A stretch of 64,000 nucleotides of DNA from a virus, in IMG/VR virus record IMGVR_UViG_3300037493_005286, positions 23,454-87,453 of that record; one strand, written 5' to 3'. The stretch's first letter is position 1, and every line of letters begins with the position of its first letter. Of the stretch, positions 1 to 9,856 are shown piece by piece. The position numbers and the translations under genes are program-made. The notes below the pieces were generated by a model. That model saw only the letters and a program-made list of their open reading frames with translations, was not told where the DNA came from and did no database searches.

Positions 1-1
1 G

Positions 2-292
2 AAAATAGGTGTATTATCAAAACAAGTATATATGCATCTACTTAATGGACGTCCTGCTAGTGAAATCGTTGGTGATAATGTACATGATCAGCAATTATGT
101 ATTGATGGTGCTGTTATATATCATGCCACGCGTGTATTAGGTCGTGAATTACTAGCTGCAATTAACACTCCTATGGGTAAAGGAAGTGAGCATGAGGGCA
201 TTGTGCTTAGAGATAAGAGACTAGGACCTAAACCTGTAAAAATTACTGGTGATTTTATTGTTAAGGGACTTGAGAGTGTTTTTCGTAAGTAA
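2..292 (+). CDS. C-terminal fragment of a phage protein with ligase-like (covalent nucleotidyltransferase) motif IV/V pattern; 5' end outside window
   Basis: Frame is open from base 2. HEGIVLRD...PVKITG resembles the EGxVLK...K motifs of RNA/DNA ligase family proteins. Confidence 0.4.
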   Translation, partial: KIGVLSKQVYMHLLNGRPASEIVGDNVHDQQLCIDGAVIYHATRVLGRELLAAINTPMGKGSEHEGIVLRDKRLGPKPVKITGDFIVKGLESVFRK

Positions 293-1309
293 TTACTTAG
301 GTTTAACAGTGATCATAAAACCGTTACCGTCTTTGTGTCTGTTCGTTTTAACGTGTGATGGTAGACTGTTAACCATATGATACATCTCCACTAGGCTATT
401 AATATTTTTAAAGTCTATAAACTGCAAATAAATATCATTACTAATTTTATTATTAAAGCAGATCATCGAATCAAAGCCTTGCTCCTGCTTATATACGAAC
501 ATTTGAGCAATTCCTCCAATTTGCATTAATATATTACCGCTCCGAAGCTTACTTTTAACTTTAAAGTATTTATAGTCATCTTTTAAAGCGGTTAATACTA
601 CCGGGTCAGTTAACAGCTCAACAATATACTGCAGTGCCTTTTCGGTACCAGAATTAACTGCGATTGTCTCGGCCATTTTATTAACAAATTCTTCATCAGT
701 ATTATAATCTAGCGACATGTTAGTCATATCATCAGCTATGACCGGACTTTTGTAAAGTCTACCGCCTGCTCCTTTAAGCTCAATATTTCTATCGCCAATC
801 GCGAGATCTCCTTTTTGTGGTTTATACCCATTACCAAAAAAAGCTAAAAATAGCTCACCTTGACCCGACGAGCCGTGAATGGGTGCTTTGGGTAAAGCGC
901 TCCACGCATATTTAAGCATGTAGTTAGCTACGTTTGCTGTTGGATATATTTGATTAATAATATGTGAAATATAACCAGCTTTATTAGTTGTAAGCCACTC
1001 GAGAAGAAGCTCTTCGCCACGTATAAAATTAATATCAGTTAGCTCAAACTCACCTTCTGTTATATAATTTTGAAAGCAGTTAACGTTATCGCCAATATCA
1101 CCGTTAGCTATAGCTAACTTTGTCTTGACTATCTTTCTAATACCGGCAGATGATATAGAACCCAGTTTAATATATTGCTGCAGTGTTTCTTTAAAGAATT
1201 CAGCATCTACATCTTCAATATGGTTATAGGTATCACCCGTCTTAGTATAAAGTCCTACACTCTCTGTCATAATAACATTGTTATAACAAAGTTCCTTAAG
1301 TCTACTCGT
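293..1309 (-). CDS. Putative PD-(D/E)xK-fold nuclease-like protein; start uncertain (ACG at 1309 or ATG at 1270)
   Basis: GELFLAFF...KGDLAIGDRNIELKGAGGR gives E...D-x7-ELK spacing typical of PD-(D/E)xK active sites. Confidence 0.5.
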   Translation of the reverse strand, partial: TSRLKELCYNNVIMTESVGLYTKTGDTYNHIEDVDAEFFKETLQQYIKLGSISSAGIRKIVKTKLAIANGDIGDNVNCFQNYITEGEFELTDINFIRGEELLLEWLTTNKAGYISHIINQIYPTANVANYMLKYAWSALPKAPIHGSSGQGELFLAFFGNGYKPQKGDLAIGDRNIELKGAGGRLYKSPVIADDMTNMSLDYNTDEEFVNKMAETIAVNSGTEKALQYIVELLTDPVVLTALKDDYKYFKVKSKLRSGNILMQIGGIAQMFVYKQEQGFDSMICFNNKISNDIYLQFIDFKNINSLVEMYHMVNSLPSHVKTNRHKDGNGFMITVKPK

Positions 1310-1847
1310 ATTTATTAAGAGTATCCGTAAAGTCCTCAGTGCCGCCATCCATTAACTTTAAAATACTATCGGAAATTTCCGTTGGGCTAATATTACCAAA
1401 TTCCTGAATTAGAGAATTGACAATATTAAGTTCTGACTCTGTAGGTGCATGAGAAAACGCCTTAACTAAGAGATCTACTAACAACCTTTCACGTTCTGGA
1501 GTAAGTGGAATTGTTTTTTGACCTACAGGTCCTTGTGAGATTGTACTGGAGTTTACATTAGGTAAATATCTCGCAATTACTTTTGCAACACGTTTAGGAT
1601 TTTCATTACGATACTGCTTATTAATAGCGTCTACTGTCCACAACTCGCTACGTTTTGGCGTATAAGCGAAAGCTTTCGCAACAAGATTTATTAGATATAT
1701 TTCGCCTTGTGACGGTAGATCTGCTGACTCCTGTGGCTCTTGAGCCGGTGTAGCTGTAGCATCAGCTGGCTGCTCCAATGAATTAGGATTTAAGTTATCT
1801 TGTTCTAATAATTTAAAGTACTTGCTAATTAAGCTTAAAGTTTTCAT
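1302..1847 (-). CDS. Hypothetical protein with internal duplication; possible head internal protein
   Basis: 181 aa ORF; two copies of Lx(N/D)LxxKAFxxxPxxSELxxVxx; N-terminus ends in LLE. Confidence 0.6.
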   Translation of the reverse strand: MKTLSLISKYFKLLEQDNLNPNSLEQPADATATPAQEPQESADLPSQGEIYLINLVAKAFAYTPKRSELWTVDAINKQYRNENPKRVAKVIARYLPNVNSSTISQGPVGQKTIPLTPERERLLVDLLVKAFSHAPTESELNIVNSLIQEFGNISPTEISDSILKLMDGGTEDFTDTLNKYE

Positions 1848-1850
1848 ATT

Positions 1851-2228
1851 TTAGATAGGAGTATTAGCTGCAGCTACAGCGTTTTTTGCTATCTTAACAA
1901 TAGTATTTGTGAGCTGCTTTTTTGCATTAAGAGCTGCTGGGTTTCTTTTAAGGTGATCGTCATTAGTATTGAGTAGACCAGCGATTAAATCGTCCTCGCC
2001 ATCCTCTTCTATATCCGCGGCCGAATTATCTATTTTTTGAACCGCTTTAATTGCTATAGTTACAATACTACCATCTAAATGTATTACAATTTCATCTCTA
2101 AATGTCTTTGCAACGGATTGTATACCCTTTGCAGCAAAAAATTGTTGCAAATCACGCTTTGCTTTCATTGTAGCGTCAATATCGCTATCGGGCATGCTGC
2201 TTTCAACTATATCTAAAAACTTACTCAT
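1851..2228 (-). CDS. Hypothetical late protein
   Basis: 125 aa ORF; TAAATA 5 nt upstream of ATG. Confidence 0.6.
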   Translation of the reverse strand: MSKFLDIVESSMPDSDIDATMKAKRDLQQFFAAKGIQSVAKTFRDEIVIHLDGSIVTIAIKAVQKIDNSAADIEEDGEDDLIAGLLNTNDDHLKRNPAALNAKKQLTNTIVKIAKNAVAAANTPI

Positions 2229-2233
2229 ATACT

Positions 2234-2239
2234 TATTTA
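2234..2239 (-). promoter_or_regulatory. Late (gp55-type) promoter TAAATA
   Basis: TAAATA 5 nt before ATG at 2228; motif recurs before at least 14 genes in the window. Confidence 0.65.
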
Positions 2240-2821
2240 TGTTAATAGGGCAAGTTTAGTTTGAAGCTGGTTAAAATATGTATTATTGAGATAAACCAAA
2301 TTATTACTCTTTAAAAACTTTTTAAGATTACTATATGTAAACTTTAAAACATCAATTTGCTGACTTTTATTAATCGACTGTATTAATATTGATGTATATT
2401 CTGCATCCTTAAGCTTAATTAGTCTATCAAATTCATTAATATTTAAATTAACGTTTAAAAATCCTAAGGGTAACAATGTTTTTAACTTTCGTACTATATA
2501 GTTACTTATTTTACTAAAATTTAAATCAACTGGTAATTCGGAATAATTTTCAAATTCATTAAAAAACAATACCGGCTTAAGCTTAACACTGTCAGTCTTA
2601 ATGTAGTCACATAATTCTAAAATATAAAAATTATAAAATAACTTTTTAATATCTGCTTTTTTGTAATCATCAACAATACCGAGTTGATAGGCGTAGTTAT
2701 TGACTTTATAAAATGCATTTTTTGCAAATACACTATGATTTAAAAGCTTAACACCATAATTAGCTAGCGCCAGCTGGCTTATTTCCGATTCTAAGATTGA
2801 TGATTCCATTATAATACTCAT
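2237..2821 (-). CDS. Hypothetical protein
   Basis: 194 aa ORF packed between neighbours; no motif recognised. Confidence 0.55.
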   Translation of the reverse strand: MSIIMESSILESEISQLALANYGVKLLNHSVFAKNAFYKVNNYAYQLGIVDDYKKADIKKLFYNFYILELCDYIKTDSVKLKPVLFFNEFENYSELPVDLNFSKISNYIVRKLKTLLPLGFLNVNLNINEFDRLIKLKDAEYTSILIQSINKSQQIDVLKFTYSNLKKFLKSNNLVYLNNTYFNQLQTKLALLT

Positions 2822-3176
2822 TTGTCAGTAATACCTCTCTTTCGAATTGTATTTTAGCTTCATGATACGAAAGTTCCCACTTACTATTGCAATATTTTAC
2901 AATTTTAAAGGTAAAGTTATGTTTACCAATAGATTCAATATCTTTATTAACGTCATTTGATGAGGAAGTATAGGACTTCCAGTCCGTTTCAACCTTTTCA
3001 TGACGTTTATTTTTTTTGCCTTTTAAAGGAGGCCTTTTTTTAGTGGTAATGCATTGTTTTTTGCCAATATACTTACGATTACTAATATTATTTGTAATTA
3101 TGTATACAAATCCAAAAGGTAACTCACCTAACTGAGTCAATTTTTCATCAAGCAACCAATGGCCCAGGTCCTGCAT
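2760..3176 (-). CDS. GIY-YIG family endonuclease (short, Seg/EndoII-like)
   Basis: FGFVYIITNNISNRKYIGKK, DWKSYTSS, conserved E (YHEAK) and YYN. Confidence 0.85.
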   Translation of the reverse strand: MQDLGHWLLDEKLTQLGELPFGFVYIITNNISNRKYIGKKQCITTKKRPPLKGKKNKRHEKVETDWKSYTSSSNDVNKDIESIGKHNFTFKIVKYCNSKWELSYHEAKIQFEREVLLTNEYYNGIINLRIGNKPAGAS

Positions 3177-3429
3177 TAGATTTCTTTCGTTTTAACTTAG
3201 TTTTTTTACCTTTTATTACAATAGCTCCAGATCGCTTTTGTATAACACCTGAACCTTTAGGTACACGTGCATCGTTAGGAGCATAAACATCATCATTTGA
3301 CGATATTCGACCAGCTTCAGGATTATAAATGCCATTTGCAACTGCAGTGCCAAACGATCCCGACGCCGTCATATCCTCTACCACAATTTTTAAAAAAGCT
3401 CGAGCAAACTTACACGTTGATTCTATCAC
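3148..3429 (-). CDS. Hypothetical small late protein with basic C-terminus
   Basis: 93 aa, GTG start, exact TATAAATA 5 nt upstream. Confidence 0.55.
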   Translation of the reverse strand: MIESTCKFARAFLKIVVEDMTASGSFGTAVANGIYNPEAGRISSNDDVYAPNDARVPKGSGVIQKRSGAIVIKGKKTKLKRKKSNAGPGPLVA

Positions 3430-3444
3430 ATTTATATTTATACT
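3417..3444 (+). promoter_or_regulatory. Sigma70-like promoter of uvsY, overlapping a divergent late promoter TATAAATA (3435-3442, - strand)
   Basis: TTGATT-N16-TATACT, 6 nt before GTG at 3451. Confidence 0.7.
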
Positions 3445-3450
3445 TAAGTT

Positions 3451-3846
3451 GTGGAACTTCTTAAAAGATATATTGATGAGATTAATAAAGACTTAATAGT
3501 CAATGACTTTAACATTAAAGAAGTTCAACTAAGACTGCCATCACGAAAGCATTTTTGGGTAGCACGGTTAATTGATGCTAAGATTGATCGTAATAAACTA
3601 ATAGGTAAAAAGAAAGACCTTAAAAAGGAGCTAACGCAGCGAATTATAGCTGAAAGCCCTGTTAAGATTACAATTCAAACTGCAGAATTTGCTGCGGAAA
3701 ACACAAATGAAATCGAACTTATTAATAATAAGGTCAAGGAGTATGATTATATTATTGAATACTTAGAAAAAGTAGAAAAGATATTCAGTACGATGCACTG
3801 GGAGATAAAAAATATCGTACAACTTAACCAAATGGAGCAACTTTAA
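3451..3846 (+). CDS. uvsY: Recombination mediator UvsY
   Basis: 131 aa helical protein with IIEYLEKVEKIFSTMHWEIKNIV C-terminal pattern; directly upstream of uvsW as in T4-like phages. Confidence 0.75.
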   Translation: MELLKRYIDEINKDLIVNDFNIKEVQLRLPSRKHFWVARLIDAKIDRNKLIGKKKDLKKELTQRIIAESPVKITIQTAEFAAENTNEIELINNKVKEYDYIIEYLEKVEKIFSTMHWEIKNIVQLNQMEQL

Positions 3847-5282
3847 TGAGTATTACCTTTGACTATAACAATTCAACCACGAAGCTTCTTATACGTACAG
3901 AAGATAAAGATTTATTTTCACGAATTCGTGAACACTTTAGTGTAGAAAAACAGGGCGCTAAATTTGCTAAGAGGTTCAGTCGGTTTGCGCCGACGAGGCA
4001 ATACATGATTACCCCTACAGGTATATGTGAGTTAGGATTATTTTGGGAAATTAAAAATTTTTTAATAGAAAAACAAATTTTAGTACCTGTAGAGATAACA
4101 CCTAAGCTTAAAAGTATATTAAGTGACGATAAGGTAATAGAATTTTACAATAACTTTAAATTTGAGTTAAGAGATTACCAGAAAGACGTTATTAAAAATG
4201 CACTCAGTCTCGGTAGAGGTACATGTGTACTAGGAACTGGTGCTGGTAAAACGTTTGTTACAGCAGCATTAATTGAGAATTACTTTCAAAGTGCTAATAA
4301 TAAAAATACTTTTAAATGTTTAGTAATTGTTCCAGATTTAGGCCTTGTAACACAGACCTATGATGAGTTTTTAAACTGTGGATCAACATTTAAACTGACC
4401 AAATGGTCGGGCAAATGCAAGCCAGACCTTACTGCTAATGTAATTATTTGTAATATAGGCATATTACAGAGTCAATTTGATAAAAATGAATGGGTAAAAT
4501 TTGTAGATCTGTTAATTGTTGATGAATGTCATAAAATAAAACTAGACAATAAGATTAGTAAGATGATTACGAAGCTTAAAACGTATCATAAATACGGGTT
4601 TACAGGCACTTTGCCCGAAGAGCAGATAGATAAATGGTCGATAATTGGTAAGTTCGGACCAGTTATCTATGAAAAATCGAGTTTTGAGCTAAGAAATGAA
4701 GACTTTCTCGTAAATGTCGCAGTAAAAGTACTAGATATTACATATTCTCAACGTATTCCGCGTATATCCGACAATGAATACAGGGACGAACTCGCTTTTT
4801 TACAGGAAAACTCGTTTAGAAATGAAATAATATGCAAAATATGTAATAAACTCACAAATAATACACTTATTCTTGTAAATCACATACAACATGGTGAAAT
4901 TCTGCATGAAATCATGTCAAAACTACAAGACAAGCGTGTTTTCTTTATAAAAGGTGAGGTGGATGTGGTAGAACGTGATAAAATTAAGGTTATTATGGAA
5001 AATAGTGATAATATTATATGTATTGCTATAAGCGCCATATTTTCCACGGGTGTAAACATCAAAAACCTACACAATATCGTGTTTGCAGCAGGTGGTAAGT
5101 CGTTTGTGCGTACGGTTCAGTCAATTGGACGTGGATTACGTAAGCATGACACAAAAAGCAGCTTAGTTATTATTGATATTGCAGACAATCTTAAGTACGG
5201 CAACGCACATAGTATCAAAAGACAGTCAATATATACAACCGAAAAAATAAAATACACTAAAAAAGTAATTTTACAACCTTGA
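3846..5282 (+). CDS. uvsW: SF2 DNA helicase UvsW
   Basis: LRDYQ, GTGAGKT (Walker A), DECH, GFTGT, FSTGVNI, QSIGRGLR. Confidence 0.93.
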   Translation: MSITFDYNNSTTKLLIRTEDKDLFSRIREHFSVEKQGAKFAKRFSRFAPTRQYMITPTGICELGLFWEIKNFLIEKQILVPVEITPKLKSILSDDKVIEFYNNFKFELRDYQKDVIKNALSLGRGTCVLGTGAGKTFVTAALIENYFQSANNKNTFKCLVIVPDLGLVTQTYDEFLNCGSTFKLTKWSGKCKPDLTANVIICNIGILQSQFDKNEWVKFVDLLIVDECHKIKLDNKISKMITKLKTYHKYGFTGTLPEEQIDKWSIIGKFGPVIYEKSSFELRNEDFLVNVAVKVLDITYSQRIPRISDNEYRDELAFLQENSFRNEIICKICNKLTNNTLILVNHIQHGEILHEIMSKLQDKRVFFIKGEVDVVERDKIKVIMENSDNIICIAISAIFSTGVNIKNLHNIVFAAGGKSFVRTVQSIGRGLRKHDTKSSLVIIDIADNLKYGNAHSIKRQSIYTTEKIKYTKKVILQP

Positions 5283-5306
5283 TTTAATATTAAATCACAA
5301 TACAAT
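5279..5306 (+). promoter_or_regulatory. Sigma70-like promoter of gp55 containing a perfect 18 bp palindrome
   Basis: TTGATT-N16-TACAAT; TGATTTAATATTAAATCA at 5280-5297. Confidence 0.65.
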
Positions 5307-5314
5307 TACGTAAC

Positions 5315-5764
5315 ATGTCGAGTAAAGATGGTAAAGTAAATTACGTAGATCCAAAAGAGTTTAAAGACTCTATGCTTAGATTCTATGAATCGGATATTAT
5401 GACGGATGACCTTGCTGAAACTATTAAAAAAATAGCATATGGTCTAAGTTACAATCCTTCGTTTATTAACTATACATATAAGGATGACATGATTGGAGAT
5501 GCATTAATTAAAATGTATTCTGCCTTGTCAAGAAAGAAATATAACTTCGAAACGGGTTCGAACCCGTTTTCATACTTTACAACTATTTCGTATCACGCCT
5601 TTATTAATAGAATTAAACGTGAAAAACGACAGCATGAAGCTGTTAGCAACTACAAGGATAAGATATATGAAGATATAATGTCAGATCCTGAAGCAAGTGG
5701 TTCATATATTTACATTAAACCTAATAAAGACTACGACGATAACGATGACTGTTACTCTGAATAA
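5315..5764 (+). CDS. gp55: Late transcription sigma factor gp55
   Basis: NYVD, IAYGLSYNPSFINYTYKDDMIGDA, NPFSYFTTISYHAFINRIKREKRQ are characteristic gp55 blocks. Confidence 0.93.
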   Translation: MSSKDGKVNYVDPKEFKDSMLRFYESDIMTDDLAETIKKIAYGLSYNPSFINYTYKDDMIGDALIKMYSALSRKKYNFETGSNPFSYFTTISYHAFINRIKREKRQHEAVSNYKDKIYEDIMSDPEASGSYIYIKPNKDYDDNDDCYSE

Positions 5765-6800
5765 GCCAAAAATCGCTATTATTTCAGATTTACACCTTGG
5801 TGTTCATTCTAATGCATCTTTTTGGCATACTATTGCTTTAAAATGGGCGAAATGGCTGCGAGATGACCTTACTAGTAAGAATATTAAGGATATTGTATTT
5901 TGCGGCGACTGGCACCATAATAGAAGCGAGATATCTGTAGATACATTACAAATATCAGCTGATATATTGGATATCTTTAAAGATTTTAATCTAATCGCCG
6001 TAACTGGTAACCATGATGTGTATTTCAAGCATAGAACCGATGTTAATTCCCTATCTATCTTTAAGAATAGGAGTAATGTTACTATCTTAGATAAGATACA
6101 CACGATAGAGCGGTTTGATCGTACTATATCCTTCTGTCCATGGTATACGGACGTTGATAGTATACCAAAAAGTGATGTAATTTTTGGTCACTTTGAAATC
6201 GAGACGTTTAAAATGAATACCTTTAAGCTATGCGAAGAGGGTATTAAGGTAAAAGATCTACTATCCAAGAGTTCTTTAGTTATTTCAGGTCACTTTCATA
6301 ATAGACATGAAAAAACATACGGAGCAGGTACTATTTTATATGTTGGTAACCCGTTTCAAATGGATTTTGGTGATTCTGGCAACACCAAAGGGTACCATAT
6401 ACTGGATTTAGATACTTTAGAGTATGATTTTTATGAGAATCCAATCTCTCCACTATATGAAAAAATTTCTCTAAGCGAATTAGTAGAAGAAGGTAAATTT
6501 ACACCAAAGATTAAAAAACTATTTAGTAATAACATTGTTAAACTTAAGGTAGATAAGAATATCTCACAAGAAGAGATGGACGTATTGCTTTCTAAGCTAA
6601 AAAAGCTTAAACCTGAAACTATAACAGTAGACTACGACATTAATTTTAACCGGATTCACAATAAAACTGATATAAAGGAAGACTTATCAGGTATTGACAT
6701 TAAGCAAGCAATTATTGAATTTATAAATCTACTTGATATTAAAAATAAGAAGGATATTATCGATTATACTATTGATCTATATACTAAGTGTACAGTATGA
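5745..6800 (+). CDS. gp47: Recombination endonuclease subunit gp47 (Mre11/SbcD-like)
   Basis: SDLHLG, GDWHH, GNHD, GHF, SGHFH metallophosphoesterase motifs; ATG at 5745 chosen as start. Confidence 0.92.
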   Translation: MTVTLNKPKIAIISDLHLGVHSNASFWHTIALKWAKWLRDDLTSKNIKDIVFCGDWHHNRSEISVDTLQISADILDIFKDFNLIAVTGNHDVYFKHRTDVNSLSIFKNRSNVTILDKIHTIERFDRTISFCPWYTDVDSIPKSDVIFGHFEIETFKMNTFKLCEEGIKVKDLLSKSSLVISGHFHNRHEKTYGAGTILYVGNPFQMDFGDSGNTKGYHILDLDTLEYDFYENPISPLYEKISLSELVEEGKFTPKIKKLFSNNIVKLKVDKNISQEEMDVLLSKLKKLKPETITVDYDINFNRIHNKTDIKEDLSGIDIKQAIIEFINLLDIKNKKDIIDYTIDLYTKCTV

Positions 6801-8605
6801 AACGTATTAATTTTAAAAAGGTAATTGTAAAAAACTTTCTTTCTGTAGGCGAAGAGCCTGTTCAGGTTGAATTTACAAACGGTCTACATGTTATTACTGG
6901 TAATAACAAGGATAAACCCGATAGACGCAATGCAATCGGTAAATCTACTATAGCAGATTCTATTTATTTTGCTATTTTTGGTGAAACATTACGCGAAATT
7001 AAAAAAGATCTTATACCTAATAATATAACAGGTGGTAAAACACATGTAGAACTTGATTTCGATGTAGTTACACCCAACGGTACCAATACATATAGTATTG
7101 TACGTAATCTTTCACCTACAAAAGTACAGATTTACGAAAACGGCGTTGATAAAACACGTGATAGTACCAATAATACAACAAAATACATATGTGACGTACT
7201 AAGTGCATCGCCATCCATCTTTCAAAACTGTGTTATCATGACAGTTAACAACGCTATTCCCTTTATGGCGAAATCTAAAATTGATAAACGTAAGTTTATT
7301 GAGGATATATTCGGATTAGAGGTGTTTAGCACCATGGTATCTCAAATTCGATCAGAATATAATGATATTAAGCGTGATTTTGATAATCAGCAGACAAAGC
7401 TAACAGAGATTGAAAGATACTACAGTGGATATGTGGATCAAAAACAAAAAATACTAGATAGACGTGCAGAAAAAAGGCAATTATATGCTGAACGTAAAAA
7501 GAATAATACTATAGAGTGTGAACAGCTACTAATAGAGATTAATAATATAGATGATGTTAGTATTGACGATATTAACGTTAAAATTACCGAATACGAAGCT
7601 GGATTAGAAAAATGCGATGGTATTATTAACGAAACTACTGCAGAAATTGCAGTAGGTAAGCAAAAAATTAGCGATTATAAGGATTTGTACCTAAAAATAG
7701 GTACAAGTGAAGAGCAATGCCCGGTTTGCCTTCGAAGTATTGAAGAGCATGATATATCTTATATAAAACAAGAAAAAGATAAGATAAAACATGATATTGA
7801 GCAAGCAGCTGCCGATATTAAATTAAAAATAGCTCAAGTTGATAAATTTGCTCAAAAACGCACTCTTATTAAGAAGAAGATTACCGAATTAAATCATGAA
7901 ATTAAGCAATTAAGCTTAATGCAGTTAGATAAAGCTAATAAACATGAAAGAGTACGTCAATTAGTGCAGTGGCTTGAGGAATTAGAGGTGGATTTAAATG
8001 CTGAGGACAATTCCGAAACAGATATCGACGAAATTATTAAACAAACATCAGATAGAATTGCTGAAATTACAACAGATACAGAAAAATACCGAGCTCAGTT
8101 AGCTAAACTTGATATTGTTAAGTATATTGCTAGTGAAGAAGGTGTTAAATCTTATATTGTCAATAAACTACTAGATCTACTTAATAGTCGACTACTACAC
8201 TACCTTCAACGCCTAGATTCTAACTCTATTTGCATTTTTAATGAATATTTTGAAGAGGAAATACTAAACGAAAAGAACAAGGTATGCTCTTACTTTAACT
8301 TTTCCGGAGCTGAGAGAAAGGCTATAGATTTAGCATGCCTATTTACGTTTTCCGACCTAAGACGGATGCAAGGTGGTGTGCAATATAATATTGCAATCTA
8401 TGATGAGCTTTTCGATTCATCTTTTGATGAAAAAGGTATAGATCTAATTACAACTATCCTTAAAGATAGAGTTGTAGAGTTAGAAGAATGTGCTATTGTA
8501 ATATCACATCGAAAAGAATCTATTAAAGCCGTTACTGGCGACGTTATTTTCCTAGAAAAGGAAAACGGCATAACAAGACGATTGGATTACACTGAAATGT
8601 GTTGA
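6797..8605 (+). CDS. gp46: Recombination ATPase subunit gp46 (Rad50/SbcC-like)
   Basis: KNFLSVG, NAIGKST, zinc hook CPVC, FSGAE signature, YDELFDSSFD, ISH. Confidence 0.93.
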   Translation: MKRINFKKVIVKNFLSVGEEPVQVEFTNGLHVITGNNKDKPDRRNAIGKSTIADSIYFAIFGETLREIKKDLIPNNITGGKTHVELDFDVVTPNGTNTYSIVRNLSPTKVQIYENGVDKTRDSTNNTTKYICDVLSASPSIFQNCVIMTVNNAIPFMAKSKIDKRKFIEDIFGLEVFSTMVSQIRSEYNDIKRDFDNQQTKLTEIERYYSGYVDQKQKILDRRAEKRQLYAERKKNNTIECEQLLIEINNIDDVSIDDINVKITEYEAGLEKCDGIINETTAEIAVGKQKISDYKDLYLKIGTSEEQCPVCLRSIEEHDISYIKQEKDKIKHDIEQAAADIKLKIAQVDKFAQKRTLIKKKITELNHEIKQLSLMQLDKANKHERVRQLVQWLEELEVDLNAEDNSETDIDEIIKQTSDRIAEITTDTEKYRAQLAKLDIVKYIASEEGVKSYIVNKLLDLLNSRLLHYLQRLDSNSICIFNEYFEEEILNEKNKVCSYFNFSGAERKAIDLACLFTFSDLRRMQGGVQYNIAIYDELFDSSFDEKGIDLITTILKDRVVELEECAIVISHRKESIKAVTGDVIFLEKENGITRRLDYTEMC

Positions 8606-8630
8606 TTTATTCTATATTGTGTATTAAATT
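8602..8630 (+). promoter_or_regulatory. Sigma70-like promoter
   Basis: TTGATT-N17-TAAATT, 9 nt before ATG at 8640. Confidence 0.5.
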
Positions 8631-8639
8631 GTTGTAGAG

Positions 8640-9854
8640 ATGTATAATCCGAGCCCCTTCCCACAGCCAATTGTATCGCCTTTTCCTCAGATGATGAGGG
8701 AGCCTGCACCTCAAGTTACACCTCCCTCGCAACCTGCGGAATTAGGTCTACCTAGATATATTAACTACCTAGCTGACTATAGCGGCTGTGGTCATTGGCG
8801 TATATTATGGCCGGAACAAATAATTAACGCTACGGGTGTTGGCTGCTCAAGCTCTTTAACAGCTATGGTATTTGATCCTAGATGGTATCAGGGTGTTAAA
8901 TCTATTAAACTTCAAAGACAAGCAAGTTCACAGCAAAAACAATTCGTTCAATTCTTAAAAGAAATACAACCTCAAATTGGCTTTAAGTTAATCTATGAAG
9001 TTGACGATGTTGTCTTTAGAGAAGATATTCCCGACTATAATAAGTTTAAGTTTGCGTTTGATAACGATGAAATTAGACAAAACTGTATCGATATTATTAA
9101 TATGTGTGATGAAGTTACAGTAACATGTGACTTTATGCGCAAGTTATATCAAGAACGTACAGGTAAAAAGGAGATTACCGTTATACCTAACTTTGTACCG
9201 CATACCTGGCTAGGCTACCTATACGATAAAAAGCGCGTTTATGAATCTTACGAGAAAAATAAGAAACGCCCTCGTATTTTATATACCGGATCCGGAGCTC
9301 ATTACGATGTTGATAATAAAGTAGGAGGCAAGGATGATTTCGAGCAAATTGTTCAGTTTGTTGTAGAAACAAGAAACAAGTATCAATGGATCTTTGTTGG
9401 TTCCTTCCCACCTCCGTTACTCCCTTATATTCAAAGTAAAGAAATTGAGTTTCATCAATGGCAGTCACTAGTAGACTATCCACGTTTGTTAGCTGCGTTA
9501 GATGCCCAGTTAATGGTTGCACCACTTCAAGTCAATAATTTTAACAATGCAAAATCTGATATTAAATTTATCGAAGCAGCTATCCTCGGTATACCATGCT
9601 TGTGTCAAAATATGGAAACATACGCTGTGGCTCCAGCTGCACTTAAGTTTGATAATGTAGAAGAATTCGGTCAAAAAATCGAAAATATTCTAAGTTATAA
9701 AAACAGACAAGCCTACTTTAAAAATGTTGACGTCTTACATGAAATAGGCGCTGCAAGAACTCTGGAAATTCCAGAAAATATTGGCTGTCACATTGAGGCT
9801 CTCAACACTCCATATGGCTCACCTGAGAGAAAATATCTTAAGAAGTGGAATTAA
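8640..9854 (+). CDS. GT-B fold glycosyltransferase-like protein
   Basis: GCGHWR, QRQ, IYEVDD, DEVTVT, VIPN, APLQVNNFNNAKSDIKFIEAAILGIP match phage GT4-like patterns. Confidence 0.8.
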   Translation: MYNPSPFPQPIVSPFPQMMREPAPQVTPPSQPAELGLPRYINYLADYSGCGHWRILWPEQIINATGVGCSSSLTAMVFDPRWYQGVKSIKLQRQASSQQKQFVQFLKEIQPQIGFKLIYEVDDVVFREDIPDYNKFKFAFDNDEIRQNCIDIINMCDEVTVTCDFMRKLYQERTGKKEITVIPNFVPHTWLGYLYDKKRVYESYEKNKKRPRILYTGSGAHYDVDNKVGGKDDFEQIVQFVVETRNKYQWIFVGSFPPPLLPYIQSKEIEFHQWQSLVDYPRLLAALDAQLMVAPLQVNNFNNAKSDIKFIEAAILGIPCLCQNMETYAVAPAALKFDNVEEFGQKIENILSYKNRQAYFKNVDVLHEIGAARTLEIPENIGCHIEALNTPYGSPERKYLKKWN

Positions 9855-9856
9855 GG

